The notes beneath the pieces are model-generated. The model had not been told where the DNA came from, did not search any database, and saw nothing but the letters and a program-made list of their open reading frames with translations. From a virus, in UHGV virus genome UHGV-0248791: DNA of 15,864 nt. The stretch is one strand, 5' to 3'. The position numbers were made by a program, and so were the translations under genes. Positions 14,642-15,864 of the stretch are shown here, in pieces; positions within the stretch are counted from its first letter, which is position 1; every line of letters begins with the position of its first letter.

Positions 14642-15297
14642 GCGAAATTAATTACCAGGCACTGCGTGAGGTGGCGGAACGTGCAATTCCAGCAATGGAA
14701 CGCCTGTTAATGTTGCCAGCTGATGATGACTTGTTAAGTGAACAGGAACTTAAAGATTACGGTGTGGATATTGATGCGCTCAACGCCTTCAAATTTCTGG
14801 CCGGACCAGAAACCGTGCTGGCACTACTGGATGAACGGGAAAGAAACCAGCAATACATAAAACGCCGCGACCAGGAGAACGAGGATATTGCGCTAACGGT
14901 AGGGAAACTGCGTGTTGAGCTTGAAGGCAAAGACAAGCTGATTGCAGAGCTTGGAAAACAATGCGCCGAATGGGAGAGAAAAGCATCAAGCAACTTTGAA
15001 GAGTGTGCTGCGATGGCTGAACGTATCGAAGAGTTGGAGAAGACCACCACAGGGCAGGATGCCAATATAAACAGCCAACAGGAACGCGTGACTCAATCAG
15101 CTAATAGGCACGTATATCACTACAACGCAGTGAGCAATGTTAGTGGCATTACCATGTCCGGGATTGCGCAGTCACCTTTCAGAATCAAATCGCAATCCGA
15201 CCTTGAAGAGTTTAAAAGCGCACTTAGCAAGGTTTGTGGTTTCCATGCAACAGCAGTCACATCTCTTTCATATCTTGGGCGTGAGGAAGAAGAGTAA
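14638..15297 (+). CDS. Ea22-like early accessory protein
   Basis: N-terminal MSEINYQALREVAE and the block LDERERNQQYIKRRDQENEDIALTVGKLRVELE resemble lambda Ea22-family proteins (recalled from memory). GTG start with AGGAGG Shine-Dalgarno 6 nt upstream. Confidence 0.55.
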   Translation: MSEINYQALREVAERAIPAMERLLMLPADDDLLSEQELKDYGVDIDALNAFKFLAGPETVLALLDERERNQQYIKRRDQENEDIALTVGKLRVELEGKDKLIAELGKQCAEWERKASSNFEECAAMAERIEELEKTTTGQDANINSQQERVTQSANRHVYHYNAVSNVSGITMSGIAQSPFRIKSQSDLEEFKSALSKVCGFHATAVTSLSYLGREEEE

Positions 15298-15301
15298 AGC
15301 G

Positions 15302-15490
15302 ATGAAAAACCGTAAAGCAAAAATTCTGTTAGCTCGCAGAAACGGTGTTGGGATCTGGCGCTGGTTGAGGATTAGTAACAGACGAGTGAGGTTGGCGGGG
15401 TGTTGCGGGGTGATGGGTCACAGTTGTTGCAAAAAGCCCAGTGCGGCGCAAAACCGCTGGAAAAACCACTTGCGCACTAAAGGAGAGTAA
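15302..15490 (+). CDS. Hypothetical small basic Cys-containing protein (62 aa)
   Basis: ATG 15302 just after the upstream stop; Arg/Lys-rich with CC...CC (LAGCCGVMGHSCCKK). Weak Shine-Dalgarno. The track's longer version from 15137 overlaps the upstream gene by about 160 nt and is unlikely. Confidence 0.3.
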   Translation: MKNRKAKILLARRNGVGIWRWLRISNRRVRLAGCCGVMGHSCCKKPSAAQNRWKNHLRTKGE

Positions 15491-15491
15491 T

Positions 15492-15710
15492 GTGCCAACA
15501 TTATTCAGAAAAGAATATCCGCGAAGAAGTCGAATAACAGAATTCCTGTTTCTCATTCTGTTTGTCGTGTTGATGATACCGATATCCCCGTTAATCCTAG
15601 TCTGGATAATCGGAAAAATAATTGAGCCAGTTATTGAATTGTATAACGACGTGGTATGGGCGTCATTCAACACACTGCACAATAAAATTAATCCGTATAA
15701 GGAAAGCTGA
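15492..15710 (+). CDS. Hypothetical small membrane protein (72 aa)
   Basis: GTG 15492 with AGGAG Shine-Dalgarno 6 nt upstream; hydrophobic core FLFLILFVVLMIPISPLILVWIIG. Confidence 0.4.
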   Translation: MPTLFRKEYPRRSRITEFLFLILFVVLMIPISPLILVWIIGKIIEPVIELYNDVVWASFNTLHNKINPYKES

Positions 15711-15711
15711 T

Positions 15712-15864
15712 ATGGCAACTTTGACAAAAAAAGAACAGGCATGGTTGAACGAATTACAGGAAGTTCTTGATCGCTGTCCATCACCGAAAAAAATTGGTTT
15801 TTACACCATTGGCGATAAAAGCATTTACCTGTATGACCTGCGCCGCATGGATGAAATCATGGAG
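15712..15864 (+). CDS. Hypothetical protein, 5' part only (runs off the window)
   Basis: ATG 15712 with AAGGAAAG Shine-Dalgarno 5 nt upstream; open to the window end (MATLTKKEQAWLNELQEV...). Confidence 0.4.
   Translation, partial: MATLTKKEQAWLNELQEVLDRCPSPKKIGFYTIGDKSIYLYDLRRMDEIME

Larger units (their letters stand above)
1..15864. mobile_element. Lambdoid prophage segment (Q/late boundary through replication and immunity region into the early-left accessory region); both ends lie outside the window
   Basis: Gene content and order on one axis: tRNAs, porin moron, Q antiterminator, nin-type gene, DnaB/DnaC/O replication genes, cI repressor with divergent operator region, Ea22-like accessory genes. 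Minus-strand genes are joined by ATGA/GTGA stop-start overlaps typical of phage operons. Confidence 0.8.

Noticed and set aside
12673-15784. Minus-strand ORFs across the early-left cassette (12673..12858, 13270..13794, 13784..13993, 13896..14111, 14170..14379, 14312..14503, 14380..14634, 14757..15065, 14789..14989, 15120..15320, 15329..15784) and plus 15137..15490 in its long form
   Set aside because: The plus-strand genes tile this region with overlapping stops and starts and proper ribosome-binding sites; the minus ORFs cross several gene boundaries and lack start signals. The long 15137 start would overlap the Ea22-like gene by about 160 nt.

Overview
This window is an internal segment of a lambdoid (lambda/21/DLP12-like) enterobacterial prophage, read here with the early-right operon on the minus strand. 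From left to right: two phage-borne tRNAs with their own promoter (minus strand), an intact NmpC-type porin moron (plus strand), antiterminator Q, a DUF968/NinG-like protein, a replication module (DnaB-like helicase, DnaC-like loader, O-like initiator with internal iteron-like repeats), three small coupled ORFs, two tandem Rha-family genes, a third Rha/antirepressor-family gene, the immunity region (OR operators, cI repressor with S24 peptidase domain, OL/PL), and an early-left cassette of small uncharacterised genes including an Ea22-like protein. The most unusual signal is a ~300-nt element duplicated in front of each tandem Rha-family gene: the two copies differ by matched compensatory substitutions in three separate helices, which points to a conserved RNA structure that could sequester the Shine-Dalgarno of the Rha start. 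No recognisable Cro, cII or N was found. All protein family calls are from motif recognition by eye, not from database searches.
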